From an uncultured Spirochaetota bacterium (GTDB taxonomy: Bacteria; Spirochaetota; Spirochaetia; SZUA-6; CAVTHK01): DNA of 64,000 bases. The stretch lies in assembly GCA_963734495.1 (NCBI GenBank), contig CAVTHK010000003.1:128001-192000 (forward strand), given 5' to 3'. The position numbers and the translations under genes are program-made. Position 1 is the stretch's first letter, and the number at the start of each line of letters is the position of its first letter. The notes under the pieces are model-generated. The model worked only from the letters and a program-made list of their open reading frames with translations. It was not told where the DNA came from and ran no database searches. Positions 31,819 through 43,763 of the stretch are shown piece by piece.

Positions 31819-33243
31819 TACTTGACGTTCTCCTTGAGGAACTTGTCGCAGTCGGCGAGCATGTTGCCGATCTGCCGCCGCGACATGAGGAACTCGGTCT
31901 TGCCGTCGACGTAGACCTCGTAGAAGTCCACGTCGTACGGCGTGTACTCGATCGTGTGCACCCGCTGGTTGCCCTTGTTGAGGGTGTAGGTCATCGTGAC
32001 GTCCGCCAGCCGGTGCTTCGGCGCCTTGTTCTCGCCTTCGATAAAGAGGCCGATCAGGCTCTGGTAGACCTTCTTGAACGGGTCCTCCTTGACCTCCTTG
32101 CCCTGGGCGAAGTAGGTGGTCTGGACCTCGTCGACTTCCTTGCCTTCGTCGTTCTTGACCTTCTTGGTCTGGCGCGTCATCGAGAGCGCCATGTCCACGC
32201 CGGGGCCCTGGACCCTGACCTTGTCGACGTTGTCGATGTTGACGATAAAGGCGAACTTGTCGACCAGCTTGAAGGGCTTGATGTCCAGGAAGTCCAGCCG
32301 GTCGGAGCTCATGGCGTAGGCGTTGTTCTGGCCGGCCACGCGGAAGTAGACCTCCTTGCCGTCTTTCGTCTTGTCGCCGAAGTACAGGTGCAGCGTGTTC
32401 TTGTCGTCCTGGAGCAAGAGCTCCGCCGACGGCGACGCGAGCCCGTAGCGCGCCCAGTCCTTGACGTTGTCCTCGACGAACTGGTCGATGGAGAACGACG
32501 GGAGCTTCTGCAGCCAGTCGCTCATGGCCTGGGTGTCCGTGGCATAGGGCCTGCTGTACGGCTTGATCATGCGGTAGAGGCCCATGCTGAAGACGACCTC
32601 GGAGTCGTCCTGCTCGTCCTTGGAGAGGATGTCGATCGTCGGCTCGCCCCTGCGCGCGATCAGCAGCGTCTTGATCTTCTGCGGGTCGATCGCCGGGAGC
32701 TTCTTGTCGCGGAGGTCGTTGACCACCCACTGGAAATGCTCGCCGTGGTTCATCCACACCGCGTACACGGTCGGGTCGCCCTTCTTCTGCAGGTAGTAGG
32801 TGTTGCCGGCCGGGGTCTGGTTGCCGAGGTACAGCTCGATCGTCGAGCCGTTCTTGAGCATACGCCGTGGCGGTCGCCACCGGCGGCTGGAGCCCGTAGA
32901 CCTTGAGGTCCTTGGGCTCCTTCTCGATGATCTTTTCCGAATACAGCCGCCCGAAGGAGTACCCCAGGTCCTCGACGGCGCTCGTGTCGAGCGTCACCGG
33001 GTACGGGGTGTCCGCCTTCCAGTTGTCGCCCTGCCGGAACAGGCGCAGCTTGCCGTGCGGCGAGTCGACGTCCATCTCCTTGATGTCCGTGAGCTCGACC
33101 TTGGAGATCTCGACCTTGTCCGCGTCGTCGCTGCTCGCCGCCTGCGTGGCCTTTCCCGGCGGCTTGAGGGTGAACCAGACGGCCAGTCCGACGACGACGA
33201 CGAGCGCCCCTGTGAGGGCGACGAGCACGAGCCTCCTGTTCAT
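31818..33243 (-). CDS. DUF4340 domain protein (membrane-anchored; one frameshift near 32865)
   Basis: N-terminal TM helix (MNRRLVLVALTGALVVVVGLAVWF) and two repeats of the ...YGL.PP...LY.G..T.....Y pattern. Fourth gene of a Gld-type ABC operon. Confidence 0.8.
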
Positions 33244-34706
33244 AGGTGGCGCCTCCTCAGCCAGATGACGAGCCCGCTGCCGAGCACGAGCACGGGCACC
33301 AGGATGACCGCGATGCCCGCGAAGAGAAAGAACTGGAGCTGGTTCATCCGCAGGGGGAGCTGGATCAGGCTCTTGGCCCGTATGGAGATGAGCTCCTTCT
33401 GGCCCTCCAGCCAGCTCAGGGAGTTCAGCACGAAGTCGCTGTTGCCGGGGCCGGTGAGGGGCAGCCCGAAGGCCCGGTCGGGGTAAAGCACGTAGGAGCT
33501 GCCCCCGACGACCAGCCGGCTCTCGATGCTGCTGTCCCGCTCGTCCTTGTCGGTGACCGCGACGACCAGGTTGAAGGGCCCTTTCCGGTCGGCGAGCGTC
33601 TGCTCGTTGCTCTGGCTCTTGAGATCGACTTTGCCCCACGCGCGGTCGCTCGTGGTGAGCACGGGCTCGATCGTGATGGTCCGCCGCTTCGTGTCCAGCT
33701 CCCTGATCGCCTGCGAGCGCGGGAAGAGCACGGGCAGGTCGCTGCTCCGCAGGCTGCTGGTGATGGCGTGATAGCTCATCTGGGGCACGAGGCCGATCGG
33801 CACCTGCGGCACGTGGAAGCTCGGGTCACGCTCGACGACGAGCACGGGGTCGATGGCGACCCCGTAGGTTCTCAGGATCGAGTCGAAGTTCGGGAGGCTC
33901 TTGACCTCCGGGTTCAGATCCATCAGGAAGAGGCCGTTCTTGTGACGGTCGACGAGGAACTCGCGCACCTTCTGCTCCTCGCTCGCCGTGAGGTCGCGCC
34001 GGGGCCCGATGACCACCAGGGTGTCGGCGTCGTCGGGAACCTTGGGCGCCGTGAGCAGGTTGAGGTCGTTGACCACGTAGTTCTCGCCGCGGAGCTGGTC
34101 GCGGAGCTCGAACGGGAAGGTCTGCTCGTCCTGGCCCTGCAGCACGTACACCGTCGGCTGCTTGGCGCTGGTGACGGCAAGGAGGGCGCCGGTCAGCTTC
34201 TGCTCGATCTTGACCGACTGCGCGTAGCGCTGGCCGAACGGGTCGCCTCCCTGCGGCTCGGAGTAGTTGAAGAAGTCGTACTGGGCGATGACCTGGAAGC
34301 GCGTGCCGTTCTCGATGATGATGCTGTTCGCGCCGGGGTCCTTGCCCTCCACCTTGTACTTGGCCAGCAGCCCCGGGTTGCGGTACGGGTCGATGTTCTT
34401 GACGTGGATGTGCTTGCTCTTGAGCCTGTACTTGTCGAGGATCTGCTGGGCGAACTGCATCTCCTTGCCGGTCTCGAAGAGCGTGTAGACGTTCACGTCC
34501 TGCTTGAGCCCGTCGAGCACCTTGACCGTCTGGTCCGAGAGCGTGAACAGCTTGCTCTCGGTGAGGTCCGCCTTGGCCGGGATCTGGTCGACGACGATGT
34601 TCACGGCGACGAGGAGTGCGATCACGATGAACGAGACCAGCGCGGCGTAGCCGCCGTACTTGAACTTCGGATTTCTGAACGATTGAAGGATCTTTCCCAG
34701 ATTCAT
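33240..34706 (-). CDS. GldG-family ABC transporter auxiliary component
   Basis: DLTESKLFTLSDQT, IDPYRNP, EQKLTGAL, VIGPRRDL, GPFNLVVA, NSDFVLNSLSWL, with TM helices at both ends. GGAGG RBS. Confidence 0.88.
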   Translation of the reverse strand: MNLGKILQSFRNPKFKYGGYAALVSFIVIALLVAVNIVVDQIPAKADLTESKLFTLSDQTVKVLDGLKQDVNVYTLFETGKEMQFAQQILDKYRLKSKHIHVKNIDPYRNPGLLAKYKVEGKDPGANSIIIENGTRFQVIAQYDFFNYSEPQGGDPFGQRYAQSVKIEQKLTGALLAVTSAKQPTVYVLQGQDEQTFPFELRDQLRGENYVVNDLNLLTAPKVPDDADTLVVIGPRRDLTASEEQKVREFLVDRHKNGLFLMDLNPEVKSLPNFDSILRTYGVAIDPVLVVERDPSFHVPQVPIGLVPQMSYHAITSSLRSSDLPVLFPRSQAIRELDTKRRTITIEPVLTTSDRAWGKVDLKSQSNEQTLADRKGPFNLVVAVTDKDERDSSIESRLVVGGSSYVLYPDRAFGLPLTGPGNSDFVLNSLSWLEGQKELISIRAKSLIQLPLRMNQLQFFLFAGIAVILVPVLVLGSGLVIWLRRRHL

Positions 34707-34820
34707 GGCGCGCCTCCTACTGACTGTCGAACGCTCTGCATGCCGCCGCCCCCGCCGCCGCACGGTGTCCGGGCGTGCTCTGACCCGGCGTACTCGCCGG
34801 GCTGGAGGACCGCGGCCGAC

Positions 34821-35694
34821 CTACTGCCACCGACGCTTCTCGATGACGCGCACGGTGAGGAACACGAAGACCGCGGAGAAGCTCAGGTAGTACACGACGG
34901 GGCTCAGGCCGAGGATGCCGAGGCTGAAGTCCTGGTAGCGCGCGAGCAGCGAGAACCACTTGAGCACCTTGACGATGAAGCCGTCGAAGTTGGCGGCCTT
35001 GGCCCCGATGACGAACCAGAACAGGGCGATCACGCCGGCGCCGACGACGGCGGTGGCCGCCGAGACGATCCAGTTGCGCACCGTGAAGTAGAGGAACACC
35101 GCCACGCCGAGGATCAGCAGGCCGGCGAACGCGGCGCCCGAGAGGGAGTCGGACGGCAGGCCCTGCTGCAGGGCGTCGAGGATCCACATGATCAGCAGCG
35201 CGGCAAAGGTCACGACGGCCGCGATCACCTGGTTGTCCGTCAGCGACGAGACAAAGAGCCCGACGGCGATGAATGCGCTGCCCAGCAGGAAGAAGCCGAT
35301 GTAGCCCCCGACGACCTCGCTCACGACCACGCTGCCGACGAGCGAGATGCAGGATCGGGTAGAGGAACGTCACCACCAGCGTGAGCAGGAACACCGCGAG
35401 GGCCGCGAGGTACTTGCCGATCACCATGCCGGTGAGCGACAGCGGGCTGGTGAGCAGGAGCTGGTCGGTCTTCTGCCGCGCCTCCTCGGAGAGCAGGCGC
35501 ATGGTGAGGATCGGCACGACGATCAGGAAGATGAAGGTGATCGTGCCGAGCAGCCCGTTGTAGTTCGGGCTCTGCGGGATCAGGTTGTTGAACACGAAGA
35601 AGATGCCCGTCAGCAGCAGGAAGAACCCCATGAAGACGAAGCCGGTGATGTTCTCGAAGTAGCTCTTGAGCTCCCTCAGGAAGACCGCGATCAT
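34821..35694 (-). CDS. ABC-2 type permease, GldF-like (one frameshift near 35345)
   Basis: MIAVFLRELKSYF, PILTMRLLSEE..QKTDQLLLTSP, GKYLAA, GLFVSSLTDNQVIAA and VYYLS...LTVRVIEKRRW. Confidence 0.9.
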
Positions 35695-36681
35695 TGCGAG
35701 ACCTCCCCGTTCTGGCCGTCGCGCGCCCGGGCGCCTGGCCGGGCTCGTCGGTGGTGAGCTGGATAAAGATGTCCTCCAGGCTGACGTCGCTCGAGCGCAT
35801 CATGAGGATCGGGCAGTCCGCCTTGGCCATGGCGTAGAAGACCGGCCTGCGGACGTCCTCCTCTGGCGCCGGACTCGACGTAGATGTCGGTGCTGCCCTC
35901 TTCGCGGCTGCCGAGGCTCTCGGCGCTCGTGACCGAGGGCACGGCGCGGATCGCCGACGAGCGCCCGCGCCTCGGACCCGGCGACGCGGACGGTGAGCTT
36001 GTGCCCGCCGCTCATGTCGGCCGACAGCTTGTCGATCGAGTCGCTCGCCACGATGCGGCCGCGGTGGATGATGATCACCCGCTCGCAGACCGCGGTGACC
36101 TCGGGCAGGATGTGCGAGCTCAGCACGATCGTGTGCTCCTTGCCGAGCTCCTTGATGAGGTTGCGGATCTCGATGATCTGCCTCGGGTCGAGGCCGATCG
36201 TCGGCTCGTCCAGGATCAGGACCGGCGGGTTGCCGACGAGGGCCTGGGCGAGCCCCACCCTCTGGCGGTAGCCCTTGGACAGGTTCTTGATCAGCCGGTC
36301 CTTGTGGTCGAGGATCTTGACGGTGTCCATGATCGCCGCCCAGGGCAGTCCCTGCGTCCCTTGCGGGCGACCTTCTTGATGTTGGCGACGAAGCCGAGGT
36401 ACTCGCCGACTGTCATCTCGAGGTACAGCGGCGGCTGCTCCGGCAGGTAGCCGATCTGCTTCTTGACCTCCATCGGCTCCTCGAGCACGTCCTTGCCGCC
36501 GACGCGTGACGTTGCCCTCGGTGGCGGAGATGTACCCGGTGACGATGTTCATCGTCGTGGACTTGCCGGCGCCGTTGGGGCCGAGGAACCCGACGATCTC
36601 GCCTTTCTCGATGCCGAAGCTCAGGTGGTCTATGGCCGTGTGCTGACCGTAGCGCTTGGTTAGGTTTTTGACCTCTATCAA
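35691..36681 (-). CDS. ABC transporter ATP-binding protein, GldA-like (frameshifted)
   Basis: TTG start after GAGGAGG; GPNGAGKST, IGYLPEQPPLY, LSKGYRQRVGLAQA, LDEPTIGLDP, SSHILPEV and SLEDIFIQLT. Confidence 0.92.
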
Positions 36682-36908
36682 GGGTCCCTCCTCGCGCGCG
36701 GAGCGGTTCGTGAGCACGGTTCCCGCCCTGGCGCGGCCCCGGGTGAGGGCCGGAACCGGCCGTGAGCCTACACGATAGTGTTCCTGGAGTTCAAGCCGAC
36801 GCTCGAGGTTCCGGGCCGCGATCCGCCAAGGTCGCGGTCGCATCCCTTTCCCTGATCGCAAGATAATGCGGGCGGCCGGGAGGCGACAACCGCGCAGTGC
36901 GCGTCGAG

Positions 36909-36936
36909 CGCCGCCGCGACCGGTACGGCGGCGGCG
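36909..36936. terminator. GC-rich hairpin immediately after the VWA lipoprotein stop
   Basis: CGCCGCCGC-N10-GCGGCGGCG perfect 9-bp stem; no U-tract. Confidence 0.35.
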
Positions 36937-36941
36937 GGGCG

Positions 36942-38892
36942 TCAGCTCGACAGCCCGAGCTTCGCGTCCACCTTCGCCTTGGTCACCGCGAGCACTTCGC
37001 CCGTCTCCACGCGCACCAGCTTGAGGAACAGCTCGAAGCTGTCGCGCCTGCGGTAGAGCGTGCCCGAGAGCAGCACTTCGGCGCCGAGGAGCCTGCCGAC
37101 GCGCGCCGCGTTGGCCTCGTCGGCCAGGCCGGAGAGCTGGAGCTCGAGCTCGGCGAGGATCTTCTGCAGGTCCTTGCGCTCGACCAGTCGTAAAGGTCTT
37201 GTTCCGCGACAGCGCCTGAGTCAGCGAATCGGTAGAAGTACTCCGCGTCGAGCTTGAGTCCCTCGGGGGTCGGCACGAGCGGCACGGCGGCCGCCCGCGT
37301 GCCCGCGGCGATGCGCACGCTGGAGTAGTCGACGAGCTGGGAGAGGGCCATCTCGAAGAGCTTGCCGAGCGTGTCGCCCTTGCTCTCGTCCGCGACGCGG
37401 TCGGCCTGGAAATAGTCCTCTCCCTGGTCCAGCGGCTGGTCGGTCAGGTACGCCAGCTCTTCCCTGGCGAAGCGGATGATGATCGCCTCGAGCTTGTCGG
37501 TCTGGAAGTTGGCGCCGGTGTGGTGGCTGACGCTGCCGGGCGTGCCGCCTTCACTTTCGTCCTTTCTCGCCGTAGGTGAGGAAGATGTACTTGCCGTAGG
37601 TGTACTGGGCCACCTGGCGCAGGAGCAGCTCGCCTTCGAGCGGGAGCCCTCCGGTGCCGACGCTGAAGAACTTGATGCCGAGCCGCCGCGCGTCGTGGAC
37701 CGCGTCGACGTAGGTGTAGGCGGGCCTGTACTCGTCGAGGTGCGCGGGCGCGTCCGTGATGACAAAGGCGAGCCGGATGCCGTCGGGGCTCCACTGGACG
37801 CCCCTGATCGCCCGGCCGAGCGCGGCCTCGAGGTCCTCGGGCGTGTCGCCGCCGCCGTCGGCCTCGACCCTGGCGAGGGCCGCCTGGAACTGCGCGAGGT
37901 CCTCCGTGAAGGGCACGACACGGGTGCGGTACTCGTCGCCGCGGTCCTTGTACAGCACCATCCCGAAGCGCACGCGGGGCTTCGACGCGAGGCTCGCAGG
38001 TTCAGGTTGATGAGCTCGATGGTGGTCTTGAGGCGCTCGATCTCCTCGCCCATGCTCCCGGTCGTGTCCAGCACGAAGAGGATGTCCAGCGGCACGTTCT
38101 GGAAGCGCGACGCGGGGCCGGTCGAAGGCGACCGTGACCGTCCGCGGGCCGCGCCGGTCGATGTCGACCCCGAGCGTGCGTGCGGCTCGAGGTCACCTCG
38201 GCGCGGTAGGCAGCGAGCCTCGCGTCGTGCTCGAGAGGGAAGAAGAGGAAGGTCCCGTCGGCGTACGTGAGCCCCTCGGCGAGAAGGGCGCCGCCGCCGT
38301 TGACGCGCACCTGCGCGTTCGGGACGCTCTTGCCGTTGGCATCCGTGACCTTGAGCACGATCCGCTCGCCGATGGGGATGTCGCGGTGCTCGACGCTCCT
38401 TCGCCGTACTTGTCCAGGAACTGCACGAAGTAGTTGAACTGCTTGTTGTCGTCCGCGAACCCGGCCTTGAGGCCCGAAGCGGCCGGCGCGGCGGCCGCGG
38501 CGGCGCGCGCGGCCCGGGGCGTGCGACGCGAGCCGGCGACGGGGCAGGCGCGGTCGCCGGCGGCAGCGCGGCGGCGCGGCCGCCGCCGTCCTTGGCAGGC
38601 TTTTCAGTCAGCTCGAGAGTCGGCTTTCCGGGAGCCCGTGTCGGCGCCCCGGGTCCGGCGGCTGGCCCGGCGCCTCGGCCGCGGGCTCCGCGGGCTTCGG
38701 CGCGGGCTTCGCGCGCGGCGCCGGTGCTCGGGGCCGGGGCGCCGCCTTGCCGGCGTCGCCGGCCGGCGCCCTGGCCGCCTCCGGCGCGCCCGCGCAGGCC
38801 GCGAGCACGAGCGCGGCGCCGATCGCCACGGCGCAGACGATCGCGAGGCGGGTTGCCTTCTTTACCTCCTTGACCTCCGTCTTCGATCCCAA
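36942..38892 (-). CDS. VWA-domain lipoprotein with C-terminal CsgG/FlgO-like domain (frameshifted)
   Basis: Lipobox LVLAAC; Pro/Ala linker; GLKAGFADDNKQFNYFVQFL; MIDAS LDILFVLDTTGSMGEE, GGGDTPED and ITDAPAH; tail LVERKDLQKILAELELQLSGL...VGRLLGAE...LKLVRVETGEV. Confidence 0.75.
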
Positions 38893-38919
38893 GCCCCGAG
38901 TCGGGGCCCACGGCGCAAG

Positions 38920-40048
38920 CTACGGAGCGAAGTTGCGCCGCTCGCGCTCCGGGTTCTCGCGCTCGTACTCCCGGGCGATCGTCGCAGGCGCCCCGGTAGA
39001 AGTCGCCCCAGAGATCACGCCTGTGCGCGCGAGGGTCTCGAGCGCGTTGATCACGATCTCTCCGGTCGCCGGCGAGCGGTTGTGGTAGGCGGGCACGAGG
39101 TCGACTTTCGCGACCGACGGCCCCGGATTGCCCGGCCGCACCACCGCCTGGAAGACCATCGAATCGCCGGTGCGGGCCCACATCCCGTCGGGGTCGCCGC
39201 GGCTGCGCGCGCACGCTCTGGCCGGCGAGAAAGTTGCCGGCCGAGTAGATGATCAGCCGGCGCTCGCCCGCGCTGTCGACCATCTCGCAGGGCTGCAGCA
39301 CGTGGGGGTGATGCCCGTAGACGATGTGCGCGCCCGCGTCGAGCAGGGCGTGGAAGAACCTCTTCTTGGCCGGCGCGGGCTCGGAGACGTACTCGCTGTC
39401 GCCGTGGTAGGAGACGATGAAGAGGTCGTACTGCGGGGCGACGGCCCGCACCTCCTCGAGGAACGCCGCGACCTGGGCCTCGTCGTTGTAGTCGACGACC
39501 GGGAGCAGCGGCTCGGTGACCCATTCGTTGGAGAACTGCGTGACCGCGAGGTAGCCGACGCGCCAGCCCTTGACCCTGATCTCGGCCGGGGCGAACGGGT
39601 CGGCCGCGGCGGGGCGCAGGCCGCTGTATGCCACGGTGCGTCCGCGGCCGGCCGCCTCGCGCGCCAGCGCCTCGAGCGACCGGAGGGTCGCGCGCACTCC
39701 CGCGGGGCCGTAGTCGAAGCTGTGGTTGTTCGCCAGGGAGAACACGTCGACCCCCGCGTCGATCGCGGCGCGCACGTAGTCGGGGTGGTTGTTGAAGCGC
39801 GGGTAGGTCGCGCGCGGGCAGCGCCGGATCGACGACCATCTCGAGGTTGGCGAACGTGAGGTCGTCGGCGAGGAAGAGGTCGCGGATGCCGTCGTAGATC
39901 CGGTCGTAGTCCGCCATCTCGTAGTTGACGTTGTGCGCCATGAGGTCGCCCACGAACGAGAGCCGCAGAGGCTCCGGAGGGCGCGGCCCAGGCGGGCCCC
40001 GCGAGGAGGAGCAGCAGACGCAGAGAGGACCAGGCCCGATCGCTTCAT
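38920..40048 (-). CDS. CapA / PGA_cap family metallophosphoesterase-fold protein (frameshifted)
   Basis: LSFVGDLMAH, DLTFANLE, YPRFN, FSLANNHSFD, IVSYHGDSEY, GHHPHVLQ and YSAGNF. Confidence 0.9.
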
Positions 40049-40138
40049 GACTCGTCCAGAGTATACCCGCGGCGGGACGCGCCTTTCCACGCGCCGGCCC
40101 GGAGTGCCCGGAGTGCGCGCGCGGCGGGCGCTCGCCCT

Positions 40139-40969
40139 TCACTTTCTCGTTTCGGCTTTCTTCTGCGCGGCAGCGAGCCTCACCGCGATGCAGTCATACG
40201 ACGAGACGGTCGGCGCGAAGGACGAAACCGAACGCGGGATGATCCGCAGTCCGGCCGTGTCGAACGGGAGGCGGCCGGCAAGCGCGGAACCGAGGTCGGC
40301 GGCGGCCTCGATGCGCGCGTGACGTCCCTGTCCTGCGCGAGCACGATCGGCCTGGCGCCGGGGAGCAGGACGATGGAAAGCGGGAACGAGGCTGAGGGAC
40401 GCGAGCAGGTCGGCGGGGAGGCGCTTCGGCGAGCGGGGGCGGCGGCCTGTCTTGCCTCGAGCTGGATCATGCGCGCCTTGACATCGGGAAGGGCGCTCTC
40501 CGTGGCCGCGGCCAGCAGGTCGACGAGCCGGTTTCTCGCCTCGGCGAGGCTCTTCGCGCTGGAGAGCTCGCTCAGGGCCGGGTTCCCGTGGATCGCCCTC
40601 GCGAGGGCGGAGATTTCGCGCAGGTAGGCGTTCTTCTGGGAATCCGGGATGTAGTGCATCACGACGATGCGCACCGGCTTGCCGTCGGGCGACCCGTAGT
40701 CGATGCCCGTCGGGCTCCAGCCGATGGCGCACAGCAGATCGCCTTCGCCCGAGACGCGGCCGTGCGGGCAGGCCCAGCCGAGCGTGATGCCCGTGTTCGC
40801 CGCCCGCTCGCGGGCCATGACGGCGGCGTTGAAGTCGAACCCCGTCCTGAAATCGGGGACCGCCTCGATGAGGGTTCCCAGGTATTGAAGGCTCTTCTCC
40901 TTGTCCGCCTCGGGCAGCTCGATGAGCCTTCCTTCCTGCAGCGCGTCCAGCAGGCTCTTCAGGCCGCAT
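40139..40969 (-). CDS. PTS IIA (Fru/Ntr-type) domain protein with C-terminal extension (frameshifted)
   Basis: KSLLDALQEGRLIELP..DKEKSLQYL, ARERAANTGITLGWACPHGR (conserved His) and GIDYGSPDGKPVRIV. The start codon is uncertain. Confidence 0.8.
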   Translation of the reverse strand: MRPEEPAGRAAGRKAHRAARGGQGEEPSIPGNPHRGGPRFQDGVRLQRRRHGPRAGGEHGHHARLGLPARPRLGRRRSAVRHRLEPDGHRLRVARRQAGAHRRDALHPGFPEERLPARNLRPREGDPREPGPERALQREEPRRGEKPARRPAGRGHGERPSRCQGAHDPARGKTGRRPRSPKRLPADLLASLSLVPAFHRPAPRRQADRARAGQGRHARIEAAADLGSALAGRLPFDTAGLRIIPRSVSSFAPTVSSYDCIAVRLAAAQKKAETRK

Positions 40970-41037
40970 CCCCTGCGCCGGGCCGCTCGAGGCCAGGCGG
41001 GGGGCGCGCCCGCGGCCGTGCGGCCATCATCCGGTCG

Positions 41038-43669
41038 TCACTCCACGCCGAACCGCCGGAAGAACCGGCTCTTCACGACATGGGTGAGCGCGCAGTAGGC
41101 GACGAGGAAGGCGGCGATCCACGCCCAGTAGGCGGCGGGCAGGGCCACCAGGCCGAGGGCGGAAGCCAGCGGCCCATACGGAAGCGCGACGGCAACCGCC
41201 ATGATGCAGCAACGTGAAGAACGTCATGGTCGGGCTCGCCCGGCTCTGCACAAAGGGAACCTTCCTGGTGCGGATGACGTGGACGATCAACGTCTGCGTC
41301 AGGATCGATTCCACGAACCAGCCGGTGTGGAAGAGGGCCTCGTAGTAGGAACGGTCCCCCGGGCTTGCCGCCGGCGAAAGATACCGGGCGCACCCGAAGA
41401 CGAAGAGCATGAGGAGGAACGTGGCGTAGTCGAACAGGGAGCTGATGGGGCCGACGATCGTCATGAACCTGCGGATGTTGCCGATGTTCCACTTGCGCGG
41501 CACCCGCGTGAACTCTTCGTCCACCCGGTCCGTCGGGATGCCGATCTGCGACACGTCGTAGAGGAGGTTGTTGGCGAGCACCTGGATCGGCAGCATCGGC
41601 AGAAAGGGGAGGAAGAGGCTTCCCCCGAGCACGCTGAACATGTTGCCGAAATTGGAGCTCGCTCCCATGCGGATGTACTTGACGATGTTCGCGAACACGC
41701 GGCGGCCTTCGATGATGCCGTCGTCGAGCACGAGCAGGCTCTTTTCCAGCAGCACGATGTCGGCCGCCTCCTTGGCGACGTCGACGGCCGTGTCGACCGA
41801 GATCCCCACGTCCGCTTTCTTGAGCGCCGGCGCGTCGTTGATGCCGTCGCCGAGGAACCCCACGACGTGCCCCTTGGACTGCAGCGCCTGGATGACCTGC
41901 TCTTTCTGCAGCGGCGAAAGCCGCACGAGGATGTTGGCTCTTTCCACGGTCCGGCCGACCTCCTCGGCGGAAAGCGCTTCGAGCTGCGGCCCCGTGAGGA
42001 CGTTCTGCGCGTCGATGCCCACGTCCCTGCACACCTTGCGCGTGACGAGCTCGCTGTCGCCCGTCAGGATCTTGACGCTCACCCCCGCGGCCTCGAGCAG
42101 CCCGACGGCCTGGCGGGTCGACTCCTTGGGCGGATCGAGAAAGGCGATGTATCCCAGGAGGATCAGGCCGTTCTCGTCCGCCGCCGCAAAGGTCGTCTTG
42201 TCCCTCGGGAACTCGCGGTAGGCGATGGCGAGCACGCGGTAGCCGTCCGCGCTGAGCGCCTCGTAGTCCTCGAGGACGTCCTGCTTGACGACGTCGATCA
42301 TGGGGAGGATGTCCCCCTCCACCTGGTAGGAGGCGCAGACCTTGAACACCTCGTCGACCGCCCCCTTGCAGATCAGCACGTGATCGCCCTCGTACTCCAC
42401 GACGACGGACATGCGCCTGCGGGTAAAGTCGAAGGGGATCTCGTCGACCTTGCGGGCCCGCTGCTCCACCTCGAACTCAGTGTGGGCCAGGATGGCCCGG
42501 TCCAGCAGGTTGCGCAGGCCCGTCTGGTAGAAGCTGTTCATGTACGCGTAACGCAGGACCTCGTCGCTCTCCTTGCCCGACACGTCGACGTATTTTTCGA
42601 GGATGACCCTGTCCTGGGTGAGGGTGCCGGTCTTGTCGGTGCACAGGATGTCGACCGCCCCGAAATTCTGGATCGAAGGCAGACGCTTCACGATGACCTT
42701 GCGCTTCGACATCGCCATGGCGCCCTTGGAAAGATTGACCGCCACGATCATCGGGAGCATCTCCGGGGTGAGCCCCACGGCCACGGCGAGGCCGAAGAGC
42801 AGCGCATCGAGCCAGTCGTGCTTGGTGAGCCCGATGATGAAGAACACCAGCGTCACCATCACCACCATGAAACGGATCATGAGCCACGTGAATCCCGCGA
42901 TGCCCTTGTCGAAGCTCGTCTGCGTCCGGCGGCCCGCGAGCCTGCGGGTGATGGCGCCGAAGTACGTGCGGCCGCCCGTGGTGATCACGACGCCGCGCGC
43001 GCTGCCCGAGAGGACGTTGGTCCCCTGGAAGCACGCGCTGGGCAGCTCCAGCGCGGCGCCGTTTCCGCTTCCCGAGCCCGCGGGGCCGGCGCCGGCCGCG
43101 GTCTTCTCCACCGGCATCGATTCGCCGGTGAGGGCGCTCTGGCTGACGAAGAAGTCCTTGGCGGACAGAAGGCGGATGTCCGCCGGCACCACGGAGCCGG
43201 CGTCGAGTGCTACGACGTCTCCGGGCACGACGGCGGCGAGCGCGACCTCGGTCTCCCTGCCGTCGCGAAGAACGTTGACCGTGGTGCGCACCATGGCCTG
43301 CAGGCGCTCGACCGACCGTCCGGACCGTTCTTCCTGGATCGAGGAGAGGCCGACGCTGATGAGCAGCAGGGAGCCGACGACGACGGTCGACCGCAGGTCG
43401 CTCATCAGGAACGACACCCCCGCGATGACCAGCAGCTGGACCACGAGCGGATTGGCAAACCGATGCCACGCGCGGACGAGGGCGCCGGTGCTGCCGGCCA
43501 CGACCTCGTTGGCGCCGAACTGCCTGAGCCGGGCTTCGGCCTCTTCTTCGGTCAGGCCCCCGTCCCTGCTCGAGAGGCGGTCGAGGCAGTCTTCGGGCGA
43601 AAGCGAGCACGCCTGGCTGAGGGTCAGCTCCCCGTCGAAAGTCGTCGCCGGCGCCGCCAGGGTCGTCAT
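41038..43669 (-). CDS. mgtA: Magnesium-translocating P-type ATPase (terminal frameshift)
   Basis: LTGES, LTPEMLPMIV, CTDKTGTLT, YQTGLRNLLD, DEIPFDFTRRRMS, KGAVDE, LTGD, GDGINDAPAL, SSNFGNMFS, NLLYD and TGWFVES. The true end LTHVVKSRFFRRFGVE lies in a shifted frame. Confidence 0.95.
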
Positions 43670-43763
43670 GAGCCTCCCATCAGCATGATACGGTGCGCGG
43701 GGGCCGGCAGACAAATTCGCGGGGCTCCGCGGGCTGCCGGAGGCCGCGGGGAGGGGGCCCCAA

